Shown piece after piece: positions 9,487-19,908 of a stretch of DNA of 64,000 nucleotides. Every line of letters starts with the position of its first letter. The first letter of the stretch is position 1. The notes under the pieces were generated by a model. The model made no database searches and had not been told where the DNA came from. It worked only from the letters and a program-made list of their open reading frames with translations. The position numbers and the translations under genes are program-made. The DNA is from an uncultured Acidobacteriota bacterium (GTDB lineage Bacteria; Acidobacteriota; Thermoanaerobaculia; UBA5066; DATFVB01). Where the stretch lies: contig CAWEYG010000001.1 in NCBI GenBank assembly GCA_963813155.1, positions 79,058 through 143,057 on the forward strand. The letters run 5' to 3'.

Positions 9487-11064
9487 ATGCAAAGCGAACG
9501 GGACCGATCGCGGCAGCTCGCGACGGTCGCCCGCCACATGACGCGGGGACTGCTGCTCGTCGACGGCGAAGGGCGAATCACCCTGATGAACCGCCCCTGC
9601 GCCGAAATCCTCGGGAGCAAGGCCGATCCGAGAGGCCGCGCCGCGCGCCATCTGCTTCGCTCGGCCGGACTTCGCGACTCGGAAGGCCGCGAGCTGGGCG
9701 CGGACTTCAACCCCGTCGCGAAACTCCGCAAACTTCGCGTTCCGTCCCTGCGCGAGATCTACACGGTGGAGACGGAACCCGGCCAGAGAACGAAGATCGA
9801 GATCGTCTCGACGGCGATCGCCGACAAGGGCAAGCGCGCGCGAGGCGCCGTCCTGCTCCTTCGACGAATCGGCGAGGACGCGGAAGCGCAACGCGAGCTC
9901 CACGAGGCGTACGAAAGGCTGATGGAAGTCGATCAGCTCAAGTCCCAATTCCTGTCGACCGTCTCGCACGAGCTCCGCACGCCGCTCAACACGATCATCC
10001 TGCTGTCGCACGTTCTCACCCGCGAGCCCGGCGAGCGACTCCCGACCGGGAAGAAGGAACACGATCTCCAGGTGATCCAGCAGAGCGCGACGACCTTGCT
10101 CCACATGATCAACAACCTGCTCGACCTCGCGAGAATCGAGGCCGGACAGGCCGAGGTCAGGCCGGAGAGCCTCGCGATCGAGCCGTTCCTGAAGGAGACC
10201 CTGGAAATCCTCTCCCCCCAGGCGGAAAGCCGGGGCCTGCGGTTGCGCCTCGCGGCCTCTCCCGCGCTTCCCGAGCGGGCCGCGTTCGACCGCGAAAAGG
10301 TCCGGCAGATCCTCCTGAACCTGATTTCCAACGCAATCAAGTTCACGCCCCGCGGCTCGGTCGAGCTCGCCGTGGCGCCGGCGGGAGCGGGCAACGTCCT
10401 GTCGTTTTCCGTCCGCGACGAGGGGCTCGGGATCCCGCCGGACAAGCTGTCTTTCATCTTCGAGCCGTTCCGCCGGATTTCGCCCGAAGAAGGAGCGACC
10501 GCCGGCTCGGGCCTGGGTCTCTCGATCGTGAAGGAGCTCGTCCGGCTTATGGGCGGAGAGATTTCGGTCGAAAGCCAGCCGGGCAGCGGCTCGACGTTTC
10601 GCGTCCTGCTGCCGATCCTGCCCGCCGCCGAAGACCCTCACGACTCGACCCGCCCGGCGCGCGCCCCCCGGTCGCGTACCCGGGTCCTGGTTGTGGAAGA
10701 CGACGAAAGCTCGCGTTACGCGCTGACCTCCGTGCTCGCGCTCGAGGGGTACGGGGCCGATTCCGCGCGGAACGGGAAAGAGGCCTTTTCGAAGGCGCAA
10801 TCCGGCGGTTACGACGCGATCTTCATGGACATCAGCCTTCCGGACGAGGACGGAACATCGGTCATCGAGAATCTCCGGCGGCGTCCGGAGACGCGGGCCG
10901 TTCCCATCATCGCCCTGACGGGGAAGACCTCCGACGCCGACCGGCGGAAGATCGAGGCCTCCGGCGCCTCCGCCTACCTTTCCAAACCGGTCAACGTCAA
11001 ACGCCTGCTGAAGACCCTTTCCCAGCTCCTGGACGCTCCCCGCGCAGCCGCGAAGCAGGGTTAA
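9487..11064 (+). CDS. PAS-sensor hybrid histidine kinase (PAS + HisKA + HATPase + C-terminal REC)
   Basis: PAS region LLLVDGEGRITLMNRPCAEILG. H-box STVSHELRTPLN. N-box LLNLISNAIKFT. G-boxes DEGLGIP and GSGLGLSIV. C-terminal receiver RVLVVEDDE...IFMDISLPDEDG...KP. Likely continuous with 8699..9448 once the frameshift is corrected. Confidence 0.85.
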   Translation: MQSERDRSRQLATVARHMTRGLLLVDGEGRITLMNRPCAEILGSKADPRGRAARHLLRSAGLRDSEGRELGADFNPVAKLRKLRVPSLREIYTVETEPGQRTKIEIVSTAIADKGKRARGAVLLLRRIGEDAEAQRELHEAYERLMEVDQLKSQFLSTVSHELRTPLNTIILLSHVLTREPGERLPTGKKEHDLQVIQQSATTLLHMINNLLDLARIEAGQAEVRPESLAIEPFLKETLEILSPQAESRGLRLRLAASPALPERAAFDREKVRQILLNLISNAIKFTPRGSVELAVAPAGAGNVLSFSVRDEGLGIPPDKLSFIFEPFRRISPEEGATAGSGLGLSIVKELVRLMGGEISVESQPGSGSTFRVLLPILPAAEDPHDSTRPARAPRSRTRVLVVEDDESSRYALTSVLALEGYGADSARNGKEAFSKAQSGGYDAIFMDISLPDEDGTSVIENLRRRPETRAVPIIALTGKTSDADRRKIEASGASAYLSKPVNVKRLLKTLSQLLDAPRAAAKQG

Positions 11065-11076
11065 AATGACCCCCCA

Positions 11077-11100
11077 GAACATTTTGACAGGGATTCCGTT
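11077..11100 (+). promoter_or_regulatory. ECF-type promoter (GAAC-16nt-CGTT) upstream of the ECF sigma gene
   Basis: aGAACattttgacagggattcCGTTtc ends 16 nt before the ATG. Typical autoregulatory ECF promoter architecture. Confidence 0.4.
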
Positions 11101-11115
11101 TCTGATTGCGAGGAC

Positions 11116-11742
11116 ATGATGAACGAGACGCCCGACCAGACACTCGCCGCCGCCTGCCGCGAAGGGGACGAAAAGGCGTGGGACGCGCTGCTCGATCGGT
11201 ACGGGCGCCGGGTGTACGGGATCGCGTACCATTTCACCCTTCGAAAAGAGGACGCCGAGGAGCTCTCCCAGGAGATCTTCCTGAAAGTCTTCGAGAATCT
11301 CCACCGGTTCGACGGCAACTTTTCCTTCGGGGCCTGGATCGTGTCCCTCGCGCGCAACCTCTGCATCGATCACTACCGCCGGCGAAAGAGGGAAAAATCG
11401 TTCGTGCACGTGTCGGACGAAGCCGTGTTTCCCCTTCTCACCGCGACGGACGACCCCGCGCGCAATGCGCTCCAGAAAGAGCGCACGAAACTGCTCTTCG
11501 AGGCGATCGCGGAGCTTCCGGAGGACCTGTCGGAAATCCTGATCCTCCGCGACCTCGACGGGCTCGCCTATGAGGAAATCGGCGCCGCGCTGGACCTGCC
11601 GGAAGGCACGGTCAAGTCGCGCCTCTTCCGCGCCCGGGCGGAGGCCGCCCGGATCATTCGGGTCAAGACCGAGCGCCGGCCGCGCAACGGCGGATGGAAA
11701 CCGGTCACTCTCGCGCTCGCGCTGACGGCGGTGGCGTCGTGA
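11116..11742 (+). CDS. ECF (sigma-70 family, group 4) RNA polymerase sigma factor
   Basis: Region 2 YGRRVYGIAYHFTLRKEDAEELSQEIFLKVF...FSFGAWIVSLARNLCIDHYRRR. Region 4 ILILRDLDGLAYEEIGAALDLPEGTVKSRLFRARAE. Confidence 0.9.
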   Translation: MMNETPDQTLAAACREGDEKAWDALLDRYGRRVYGIAYHFTLRKEDAEELSQEIFLKVFENLHRFDGNFSFGAWIVSLARNLCIDHYRRRKREKSFVHVSDEAVFPLLTATDDPARNALQKERTKLLFEAIAELPEDLSEILILRDLDGLAYEEIGAALDLPEGTVKSRLFRARAEAARIIRVKTERRPRNGGWKPVTLALALTAVAS

Positions 11743-12512
11743 GCTGCGAATTCTTCGAAAAGCATTTCGTCGCGTCCGGCGAGCCCCGGGACCTCGAGGC
11801 TCACGTCGGCGCCTGCGCCGAGTGCCGCTCGCGGTCGGCCGATTTCATCCGGCTCTCCGCGACGATCACGCGCCTCGGCCTGCCGCGCGTCCCGGAGGAG
11901 ACCCGGAATCTCTGGAAAGGCATCCCGTCGGAGACGACGAATTGCGAGCGCGCCTCCGAGCTGTCCGCCCGGCAAGTCGGGGAACCCCTGTCCGAGACGG
12001 ACCGGCGAAAGCTCGACTTCCATCTTTCCCGGTGCGAAGCGTGCCGCGAAACCGCGGCCGTGCTCGGAGTCGCTTCGGAGCTCCAGGCGCCCGCGCCGCC
12101 GGCGGGTTGGACGGTTCGTCCTCCCGCGCCGGTCGTCTCGCTGTCGGACGAGCGCCAGAAACGGGCTTCGCGGCGTTCGGGATGGTCGGACCCCCGGCTC
12201 TACGCGGCCGCCGCCTGTTTCCTCGCCGGTTTCTTCGCCTTCTTCGCGAACAGCCTGCAGGCCCCTCCGGCCGCGGGAGCCGCGCTGTCGGTGACCGGAG
12301 AGATCCGGAACAGCGTTCGCGTGCGGTGGGCCGAGGCCACCGACCGAATTCAGATTTGGCAGGAAGGGATCTCGCGCCACTGGGTGGCCACCCGCGAGAC
12401 CTTGACCGGCTATACCCGGGCCGCGGGAGCGATCGCCCTGTCGGCAGCGGGACGCGCCACGGAAGGATTCCTCCGCAACGAAACGAAAACAGAGAAAGGA
12501 AACAAGTCATGA
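11739..12512 (+). CDS. ZAS-type anti-sigma factor (zinc-binding HxxxCxxC) with TM segment
   Basis: GTG start overlaps the sigma stop (GTGA). Motif EAHVGACAECRSR. Second Cys pair HLSRCEACRE. Hydrophobic stretch LYAAAACFLAGFFAFFA. Confidence 0.7.
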   Translation: MSCEFFEKHFVASGEPRDLEAHVGACAECRSRSADFIRLSATITRLGLPRVPEETRNLWKGIPSETTNCERASELSARQVGEPLSETDRRKLDFHLSRCEACRETAAVLGVASELQAPAPPAGWTVRPPAPVVSLSDERQKRASRRSGWSDPRLYAAAACFLAGFFAFFANSLQAPPAAGAALSVTGEIRNSVRVRWAEATDRIQIWQEGISRHWVATRETLTGYTRAAGAIALSAAGRATEGFLRNETKTEKGNKS

Positions 12513-13213
12513 AATGCCATCTCCATCCGGACCGGGACGCGGTCGGGTATTGCACCACCTGCGGGACGGGGGTCTGCGCGGAATGCCGGCGGGAAGTGCT
12601 CGGAACGATTCGCTGCCCCGCCCACGCGACGGCGACGGTGCCGGTCGCTCCGCGCCCCACGAAATCGGGGTTCCTCAGCGGATTCTTCTCGCTCATGTTC
12701 CCGGGGCTGGGACATCTCTATCTCGGCGTCTACCAGCGAGGGCTCAAATTCGGCGGCATCGCGGTCGCGCTCATCGTCGTGCTCTCCATGGAGCCGGGCC
12801 GCATGTCCGTCCTCTTCGGCGTCTCGCTCTTCTTCCTGTACGCCTTCGCGTTCTTCGACGCGCTCCATGTCTGCCATCAAATCAACGAGGGAACCTGGAG
12901 CGGAAGCTCTTTGATGCCGATGGAGAGCCGGCAGGTCGCCCGGCCAAAGTCCGGCTCCGCGACGCTCACGTGGGGCGTGATCCTCTTTGGAATCGGGTGT
13001 CTGTTCGTGGCCGACCGCTACCTCGACCTCGATCGGTTCTTCGACTGGACGCGGGACAACATCGGATTCGTCTTCCTCGCCCTCGGCGCCGTGCTGCTCG
13101 TCGCGTACGCCCGCCGGCGGAGCCGCGAGAAAGACCGCGAGCTCGAGAATTCCGCGTCATCTCTTTCCCCGGTCCCCTCCGACTCCCCCGACCGCAACTC
13201 CTTCGTCAAGTGA
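12509..13213 (+). CDS. zinc-ribbon (B-box-like) membrane protein, function unknown
   Basis: MKCHLHPDRDAVGYCTTCGTGVCAECR...IRCPAHA followed by 3-4 TM helices. ATG overlaps the anti-sigma stop (ATGA). Confidence 0.65.
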   Translation: MKCHLHPDRDAVGYCTTCGTGVCAECRREVLGTIRCPAHATATVPVAPRPTKSGFLSGFFSLMFPGLGHLYLGVYQRGLKFGGIAVALIVVLSMEPGRMSVLFGVSLFFLYAFAFFDALHVCHQINEGTWSGSSLMPMESRQVARPKSGSATLTWGVILFGIGCLFVADRYLDLDRFFDWTRDNIGFVFLALGAVLLVAYARRRSREKDRELENSASSLSPVPSDSPDRNSFVK

Positions 13214-13300
13214 CCGCCCGGCGGGCCCGAAAGGGTCCGCCCGGGCCGGCCCTTCCCCCAGCCCCAGCGACTCGCAGCCCGCCATCCGAATGGCGAATCG

Positions 13301-15022
13301 CTATCGGCGCTTGAAAAAAGTCAGCAGGTCGGAATCGGAGAGCGAGAGCACGACCGGACGGCCGTGGGGACAGGTGAAGCGATCCTCACACTTGATCCAG
13401 TCCCCGAGCAACCGCTCGATCTCCGCGTGCGCGAGGCGGTGGCGGATCGTGATCGCGGACCGGCACGCCACCGTCGCGGCGACGCGGTCCCGGCGCCCCT
13501 CGATCTCTTTCGAGCCCTTGAGGAGCTCCGCGAGAACGTCGCGCAGAAACGGCGCGGGGTCCCGGCCCGAGGCTTCCGACGGCACTCCGGCGATCGCGTA
13601 CGCGCGGCCCGACATGGGCTCGATCTCGAATCCCGCGGCCGCGAGCAGATCGCGGCCCTCCTCGAGAATGAGAGCCTCCTCGGGCGAGGCCTCGAACACC
13701 GCGCCGGTCAGGAGCGCCTGAGAGAAGGCACGTCCCTGGCGAATCCGGTCGCGGAATTTCTCGTACAGGATCCGCTCGTGCGCGGCGTGCTGGTCCAGGA
13801 CGAGGAGTCCGGCGGCCCCTTCCGCGACGAGAAACGATTCGTCGTACTGGCCGATTGCGCGAATCGGCTCGGGCTTCTCGATCTCGACCTGAACGCTCGC
13901 CGGCGCCGGTCCGGGCTTCTCGATCCGGAGCTTGCGCTCCGAAGACGGCTGCTCGGGGGCTGCCGCGTAGACTTCCGCCGCTTCCGCCACCGAAAAGTCC
14001 GTCGACGGCACGGGCACGAGACGCCGCTCCTGCTTGCCGGCGGTCAGGGCGGAGAGGACGCCGTGAAAGACGAGACGATAGACCTCCGAGGGCTGCGCGA
14101 ACCGCACCTCCGTCTTCGCGGGCGAGACGTTAACGTCGACGGTTCCCTCCGGGGCCGTCAGGAAGAGGAACACTCCCGGGTGGCGATCCGTTCGAATCGC
14201 CTCCTTGGCCGCCTGCTGGATCGCGCGCGACACGCCCCGGTCCTCGACGGCCCGCGAGTTGACGAAAAGAAACTGGAGACGGCGCGATGCGAATGTGATC
14301 GATCCTCTCGTCGCGAGCCCCGAAAGCCGCAGCTGCCCGGCGCGGGCCTCGAACGGGAGAAGGTCCCCGAGCGCGTCACGGCCGAAGAGCTGCAGGCCGC
14401 GCTCCGCGCAGTCCGCCGCACGCGCAACGTCGAACAGCTCCCGGCCGTTCGACCGGAGCGCGAACCGCACGCCGGGGTGGGCCAGCGCGAGCCGGGTCGC
14501 GACTTTCGAGATCTCCCTCGCCTCGGCTTCGGGGGTTTTCAGAAACTTCCGGCGCGCGGGGGTCTTCCGAAAGAGGTCTTCGACGAGAACGTCGGTGCCC
14601 CTCGGCCGGGCGGCCGGCTCCTCGCGGCGCGGGCCGCCAAAGTCGATCCGAATCCGCGTTCCGCCCGGGCCCGTTCCATCGGAGGTCGTCAGCGTGAATT
14701 TCGAGACCGACGCGATCGAGGGAAGGGCCTCGCCGCGAAACCCGTACGACATCACGCGGACGAGGTCTTCCTCCGTTCGAATCTTCGAGGTGGCGTGCCG
14801 TTCGACGGAGAGGAGCGCGTCTTCGCGGGACATCCCGCTGCCGTCGTCGCGAACCCGGAGAGATCCGATCCCGCCCTCCCCGACGTCGATCTCGATCCAG
14901 CTCGCGCCCGCGTCGAGAGAATTCTCGATCAGCTCCTTGGCGAGCGACGCGGGCCTCTCGACGACCTCGCCGGCCGCGATCCGATCGATCGTCCGGGAGT
15001 CCAGCGCGCGGATCTTCGGCAT
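13301..15022 (-). CDS. mutL: DNA mismatch repair protein MutL
   Basis: N-terminal GHKL ATPase motifs RIAAGEVVERPASLAKELIENSLDAGA and VRDDGSGM. FRGEALPSIASVS. C-terminal dimerisation region with CPHGRP. Confidence 0.95.
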   Translation of the reverse strand: MPKIRALDSRTIDRIAAGEVVERPASLAKELIENSLDAGASWIEIDVGEGGIGSLRVRDDGSGMSREDALLSVERHATSKIRTEEDLVRVMSYGFRGEALPSIASVSKFTLTTSDGTGPGGTRIRIDFGGPRREEPAARPRGTDVLVEDLFRKTPARRKFLKTPEAEAREISKVATRLALAHPGVRFALRSNGRELFDVARAADCAERGLQLFGRDALGDLLPFEARAGQLRLSGLATRGSITFASRRLQFLFVNSRAVEDRGVSRAIQQAAKEAIRTDRHPGVFLFLTAPEGTVDVNVSPAKTEVRFAQPSEVYRLVFHGVLSALTAGKQERRLVPVPSTDFSVAEAAEVYAAAPEQPSSERKLRIEKPGPAPASVQVEIEKPEPIRAIGQYDESFLVAEGAAGLLVLDQHAAHERILYEKFRDRIRQGRAFSQALLTGAVFEASPEEALILEEGRDLLAAAGFEIEPMSGRAYAIAGVPSEASGRDPAPFLRDVLAELLKGSKEIEGRRDRVAATVACRSAITIRHRLAHAEIERLLGDWIKCEDRFTCPHGRPVVLSLSDSDLLTFFKRR

Positions 15023-15032
15023 CTCGGTCGGC

Positions 15033-17777
15033 TCAGGCGGTCGACGAAATCGCGCCCGCCGAAAGCGCGGCGCGGGCCGCCGCGAGCCGCGCGATCGGAA
15101 CGCGATACGGAGAGCAGGAGACGTAGTCGAGTCCCGTCTGGTGGAAGAACGTGATCGAGGCGGGATCGCCGCCGTGTTCGCCGCAGACTCCGACCTTGAG
15201 CTTCGCGCGCGCCGAACGGCCGCGCGCGGTCCCGAGCGAGACGAGCTGCCCGACCCCGGCCGCGTCGATCGAGGCGAACGGGTCGCTCGGAAGAATTCCC
15301 GCCTCCAGGTAATGGGGCAGGAACGACCCGATGTCGTCCCGCGAGTATCCGAAAGTCATCTGCGTGAGGTCGTTCGTGCCGAAGGAGAAGAATTCCGCCT
15401 CCGCCGCGATCTCCGCCGCCAGCAGCGCGGCACGCGGGATTTCGATCATCGTCCCGACGAGGTAGGGCACGCGGCGGCCCTTCTCACGGAAGACGTCGCG
15501 CGCGATCCGGTCCGTCATGTCGCGCAGGACCGTGAATTCCGCGACCGTTCCGACGAGGGGAATCATGATTTCGGGAATGGGCCGAATGCCGCTTCGCGCG
15601 ACGTCGACCGCCGCTTCCAGAATCGCCCTCACCTGGATCTCATAGATCTCGGGGTGCGTCAGCCCCAGCCGGCAGCCCCGGTGACCGAGCATCGGATTCG
15701 CCTCCGAAAGGCCTTCGACCTTTCCCTTGAGCACTTCGACCGAGACGCCCATCTCCTTCGCGGTTGCGGCGAGCGCCTTCGGTTCGCGCGGAAGGAATTC
15801 GTGGAGCGGCGGATCGAGCAATCGGATCGTCACCGGGAGATCGCGCATCTCGCGGAAGATCCCGGCGAAATCGCCCCTCTGCATGGGAAGGATTTTCGTG
15901 AGGGCCTTTTTTCTCTCCTCCGGCGTTTCCGAGAGGATCATCTCGCGCACTGCCGTGATTCGCTCTTCCTCGAAGAACATGTGCTCCGTGCGGCAGAGCC
16001 CGATCCCCTCCGCGCCGAAGGCTCGCGCCACGTGCGCGTCGCGAGGAGTGTCGGCATTGGCGCGGACGCCGAGCGTTCTCACCTCGTCGGCCCAGCCGAG
16101 AAGGCGCGCGAACTGGCGATAGATCTTCGAATCGGAGGGCTTGATCTTTCCCTCGACGGCCACCTGGATGACCTCCGACGGCCGCGTCGAGAGCTTTCCC
16201 GAGAGCACTTCGCCCGTCGTCCCGTCGACGGAGAGAAAATCGCCCTCGGAGACCGTCTGGCCCCGCGACATGAGGCGCGCGTAGCGGGAGTCGATCGTGA
16301 GCTCCCCGCAGCCGACGACGCAGCACTTTCCCATTCCCCGCGCGACGACGGCGGCATGGGAGGTCATTCCGCCCCGCGAGGTCAGGATCCCTTTCGACGC
16401 CGCCATGCCGAGGATGTCCTCGGGCGACGTCTCCGCCCGGACCAGAATCACCGGATCGCCGCGTTGCGCCATCTCGACGGCGCGTTCGGCCGAAAACGCC
16501 GCTCGCCCGCACGCGGCGCCCGGCCCCGCCGGAAGGCCACGGGCGAGAAGCCGGCCCTCGGCGACCGCCTCCTCCTTCTCCGCGAGGGGAAAAACGGGCG
16601 CCAGCAGCTGCGAGAGCTGCTCCGGGTCGACCCGCGTCAGCGCCTCTTTCTTCGAGATCCGCTTCTCGTCGACCAGGTCGCAGGCGATCTTCACGGCCGC
16701 AAAGCCGGTTCGTTTTCCGTTTCGCGTCTGCAGGATGTAGAGCCTGCCGCTCTCGATCGTGAACTCGATGTCCTGCATGTCGCGGAAGTTCTTCTCGAGA
16801 GCCTGCCGCACGCGCAGGAGCCTTCCGTAGACCGAGGGCATCGTCTCCTCGAGGGAGTCGCCCCGGCCCGTCGCCGAGATCGGGTGGGGCGTGCGGATTC
16901 CGGCGACGACGTCCTCGCCCTGGGCGTTCGGGAGGAACTCGCCGTAAAGGCTCCTTTCCCCCGTCGCGGGATTGCGGGTGAACGCGACGCCGGTCGCGCA
17001 GTCGTCTCCGAGATTGCCGAAGACCATCGCCTGCACCGTCACGGCCGTTCCCCAGGACTCGGGAATGTGGTTGAGCTTGCGGTACGCCCTCGCCCGCTCG
17101 TTGTCCCACGACTGAAAAACGGCTCCGATCGCGCCCCAGAGCTGCTTGCGCGGATCCTCCGGAAACCGCTTGCCCTGCTTGCGGATGATTTCGAGGTACT
17201 TCGTCGAGAGAGCCCGAAGGTCCTGCGCCGAGAGCTCCGCGTCGGTCGCGACGCCGGCGCGCTTGCGCGCAGCCGCGATCGCGTCCTCGAACTTGTTCTT
17301 CGGCACTTTCAGCACGACGTCCCCGTACATCGAGATCAGCCGCCGGCGGCAATCGCGCGCGAAGCGCTCCCCCGCCGCGTGTCCGAAGCCGGCCTTCGCC
17401 TCGTGCGTGAGCCCGAGGTTCAGGATCGTGTCCATCATTCCGGGCATCGAAGCCGGAGCGCCCGAACGCACCGACACGAGAAGAGGGTTGTCGCCGTCCC
17501 CGAAGACTTTGCCGGTCACCTTCTCGAGGCGCGAGAGATGCGCTTCGACCTCGGCTTCGAGCCCGGCCGGATATTTCCCCGTCTTCGAGTACTTCGCGCA
17601 GACCGCGGTCGAAATGACGAAGCCCGGAGGCACCGGCACCCCCATGGAAGTCATCTGGACGAGGCCGTATCCCTTTCCGCCGAGAGTCTCGCGGCCGAGC
17701 TTGCGGCCTTCGGTCCCGCCGTCGCCGAAAAAGAAGACCCGCTTTTCCTTCCTCTCCCGCGCCGCCTTTTTCTTCAT
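15033..17777 (-). CDS. ppdK: pyruvate, phosphate dikinase
   Basis: 914 aa. ATP-grasp N-domain (GGKGYGL, MPGMMDTILNLGL). Phospho-His region GGMTSHAAVVARGMG. PEP-utilizing TIM barrel (GLCRTEHMF, NDLTQ). Confidence 0.95.
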   Translation of the reverse strand: MKKKAARERKEKRVFFFGDGGTEGRKLGRETLGGKGYGLVQMTSMGVPVPPGFVISTAVCAKYSKTGKYPAGLEAEVEAHLSRLEKVTGKVFGDGDNPLLVSVRSGAPASMPGMMDTILNLGLTHEAKAGFGHAAGERFARDCRRRLISMYGDVVLKVPKNKFEDAIAAARKRAGVATDAELSAQDLRALSTKYLEIIRKQGKRFPEDPRKQLWGAIGAVFQSWDNERARAYRKLNHIPESWGTAVTVQAMVFGNLGDDCATGVAFTRNPATGERSLYGEFLPNAQGEDVVAGIRTPHPISATGRGDSLEETMPSVYGRLLRVRQALEKNFRDMQDIEFTIESGRLYILQTRNGKRTGFAAVKIACDLVDEKRISKKEALTRVDPEQLSQLLAPVFPLAEKEEAVAEGRLLARGLPAGPGAACGRAAFSAERAVEMAQRGDPVILVRAETSPEDILGMAASKGILTSRGGMTSHAAVVARGMGKCCVVGCGELTIDSRYARLMSRGQTVSEGDFLSVDGTTGEVLSGKLSTRPSEVIQVAVEGKIKPSDSKIYRQFARLLGWADEVRTLGVRANADTPRDAHVARAFGAEGIGLCRTEHMFFEEERITAVREMILSETPEERKKALTKILPMQRGDFAGIFREMRDLPVTIRLLDPPLHEFLPREPKALAATAKEMGVSVEVLKGKVEGLSEANPMLGHRGCRLGLTHPEIYEIQVRAILEAAVDVARSGIRPIPEIMIPLVGTVAEFTVLRDMTDRIARDVFREKGRRVPYLVGTMIEIPRAALLAAEIAAEAEFFSFGTNDLTQMTFGYSRDDIGSFLPHYLEAGILPSDPFASIDAAGVGQLVSLGTARGRSARAKLKVGVCGEHGGDPASITFFHQTGLDYVSCSPYRVPIARLAAARAALSAGAISSTA

Positions 17778-17823
17778 CTGTCGTTCCCGTTTCCCGGCCG
17801 AATCGGCCGTCGCCGTGCCCGTT

Positions 17824-19908
17824 CTATTTCTCGACCACGATCTCCGAGATGTCCGCGAAGTTCCGGAATTCCGTCTGGACCGCGGACAGCAGCGCGTGGC
17901 GATTGTTCCTCAGCTCCGCTTCCGGCGCGTTGACGAGTACGTCGGTGAAAAAACGGTCGAGCGCCGGAGCGAGAGAGGTCATGGCGGCGAGCACTTCCAC
18001 GTAGCGGCAGGATGCCATCAGGCCGCGAACGGACGCCGAGAGCTGAGCGAAGTCGGCCGCGAGGTTCCGTTCCGCGGGCTCGCGATAGAGAGCCGCATCG
18101 GGGTCGCCGAGCGATCCCTTCTCGAGGATCTTGCGAATCCGCTTGACGGAAAGGGAGAGCGACCGGAAGTCTTCCCGCCGCCGGGCGTCCGCCAGGGCCC
18201 GGGCCCGGTCGGAGAGATCTGCGAAATCCCAGGAGCCCCCCGCGAGCACGGCCGTGACGACGTCGGCGGAAAGGCCGCGCTTCTCGAACAGGAAATGTAC
18301 GCGGTCGGCCAGGAACTCGAAGAGCTGCCGGAGCGCCTCGTCGGATTGCGACGTCATCGCGGCCCCGTAAAGCCCGAGGGCCTTCCGAAAGATCAGCTTC
18401 CAGTCGGCGCGCCACCCGCGCGAGATCGCGATCGACACGAGACCCTGCGCCGCCCGCCGGAGGCCATACGGATCCTTGCTGCCGGTCGGGATCAGGCCGA
18501 TCCCGAAGAAACCCGCGAGCGTGTCCACCCGGTCGGCGAGCGAAAGGATCGCCCCGGTCTCGGTGCGCGGGGGCTCGTCGTCGGCGGAAACGGGCTTGTA
18601 CTGGTCGTAGATCCCCTTCCAGACTTCTTCGGCAGCGCCCTCCCGCCGGGCATACAGTCCGCCGACGATCCCCTGCAGGTCGGTGAACTCTCGCACCATC
18701 GCGGTCGTGAGATCGACCTTGGAGAGTCTCGTGGCTTCGAGCGCCGTTCGAACCCGTTCCGGCCGGGTCACGAGCGCGCCGATCGCCTCGGAAAGCTCCT
18801 GCAGCCGGCCGGTCTTCTGGAGGTAGTCCCCAAGCCGGTCGTGAAACGAGAGACGCGCGAGCTTTCCGACCTTCGAAGCGAACGGCTCGCGCGTGTCCTC
18901 CTGGAAGAAAAATCGAGCGTCGGAAAGGCGCGCGTTCACGACCCACTCGTTTCCCTTCGCGATCAGGCCCTTCCGGTCCTCCGCCTGGTCCATGACGGCG
19001 AGGAAATGCGGCGTCAATCCTTCCCGCCCCCGCACCGGAAGGTACTTCTGGTGGACCCGCATCGTCGTGACGAGGACTTCTTCGGGGAGCTCGAGGAACT
19101 TCGGATCGAACGTCCCGGAAACCAGGCCCGGCGACTCCACGAGATCGGAAAGCGTCGCAATGAGATCCGCGTCCGCCTCGATCGATCCGCCGAGGCCGGT
19201 CGCGAGAGCGCGCGCCCGCTCGAGAAGAACCGCGGCCCGCTCGCCGCCGTCCGGCTCGACACCGGCCGCGCGCAACTTCGCGAGATAGTCGGAAAACGAC
19301 CCGACCTCGATTTCCCCTTCCGAGAACGCCCGATGGCCGAGCGTTCGCGATCCCGAGCGAACGCCGAAAATCTCGAACGGCACGACGTCTCCGCCGAAGA
19401 GGGCCACGATCCGATGGAGAGGCCGGACGAAAGAATAGGCTCCCGCGCCCCATCGCATCATTTTCGGAAAGGCGAGAGACGCGACGATCCGGGGAACGAG
19501 CTCGCCGAGAATCTCCGGCGTCGATCGGCCGGCGACGGTCTTGCGCGCGAGGAGCACGTCTCCCTTCGGGCCGCGAACGCGGCGCAGTTCCGACAGGGCG
19601 ACGCCCTGCGCGCGCGCGAACCCTTCCGCCATCTTCGTGGGCTTTCCGTCCGGATCGACGGCTTTTTCGGCCGGAGGCCCCATGACTTCGACCGTCCTGT
19701 CCTCCTGCCGCCTCGGGAGATTCTCGACGACGACGATGAGACGGCGCGGCGTCGCGATCGCCTCGATCGAGGACGACGACAGGTTCGCTTCGGCCAGCTC
19801 GTCGGAGAACTTCCGGGCCAGGTCCGCGCGAGCGCCGGGAATCGCGCCCGCCGGCATCTCTTCGACGAGCAGCTCGAGAAAAAAGTCCGAGTGGGAGTCG
19901 CGGCTCAT
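17824..19908 (-). CDS. glyS: glycine--tRNA ligase beta subunit
   Basis: Starts [21 protein letters not shown]. 695 aa. Collinear with GlyS. Upstream residues in the 821-aa track ORF are read-through. Confidence 0.9.
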   Translation of the reverse strand: MSRDSHSDFFLELLVEEMPAGAIPGARADLARKFSDELAEANLSSSSIEAIATPRRLIVVVENLPRRQEDRTVEVMGPPAEKAVDPDGKPTKMAEGFARAQGVALSELRRVRGPKGDVLLARKTVAGRSTPEILGELVPRIVASLAFPKMMRWGAGAYSFVRPLHRIVALFGGDVVPFEIFGVRSGSRTLGHRAFSEGEIEVGSFSDYLAKLRAAGVEPDGGERAAVLLERARALATGLGGSIEADADLIATLSDLVESPGLVSGTFDPKFLELPEEVLVTTMRVHQKYLPVRGREGLTPHFLAVMDQAEDRKGLIAKGNEWVVNARLSDARFFFQEDTREPFASKVGKLARLSFHDRLGDYLQKTGRLQELSEAIGALVTRPERVRTALEATRLSKVDLTTAMVREFTDLQGIVGGLYARREGAAEEVWKGIYDQYKPVSADDEPPRTETGAILSLADRVDTLAGFFGIGLIPTGSKDPYGLRRAAQGLVSIAISRGWRADWKLIFRKALGLYGAAMTSQSDEALRQLFEFLADRVHFLFEKRGLSADVVTAVLAGGSWDFADLSDRARALADARRREDFRSLSLSVKRIRKILEKGSLGDPDAALYREPAERNLAADFAQLSASVRGLMASCRYVEVLAAMTSLAPALDRFFTDVLVNAPEAELRNNRHALLSAVQTEFRNFADISEIVVEK

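Noticed and set aside
9196-11409. 737-aa minus-strand ORF opposite the hybrid histidine kinase
   Set aside because: Antisense read-through. The plus strand carries complete HisKA/HATPase/REC motifs.
13214-13300. GC-rich inverted repeats between the convergent zinc-ribbon gene and mutL as an intrinsic terminator
   Set aside because: The stems are imperfect and no U-tract follows on either strand. It may still be a Rho-dependent or structure-only terminator, but this cannot be supported from sequence.
15640-17352. 570-aa minus-strand alternate-frame ORF within ppdK, and other ORFs overlapping ppdK, mutL and glyS
   Set aside because: Alternate-frame artefacts. The annotated frames give full-length highly conserved enzymes.
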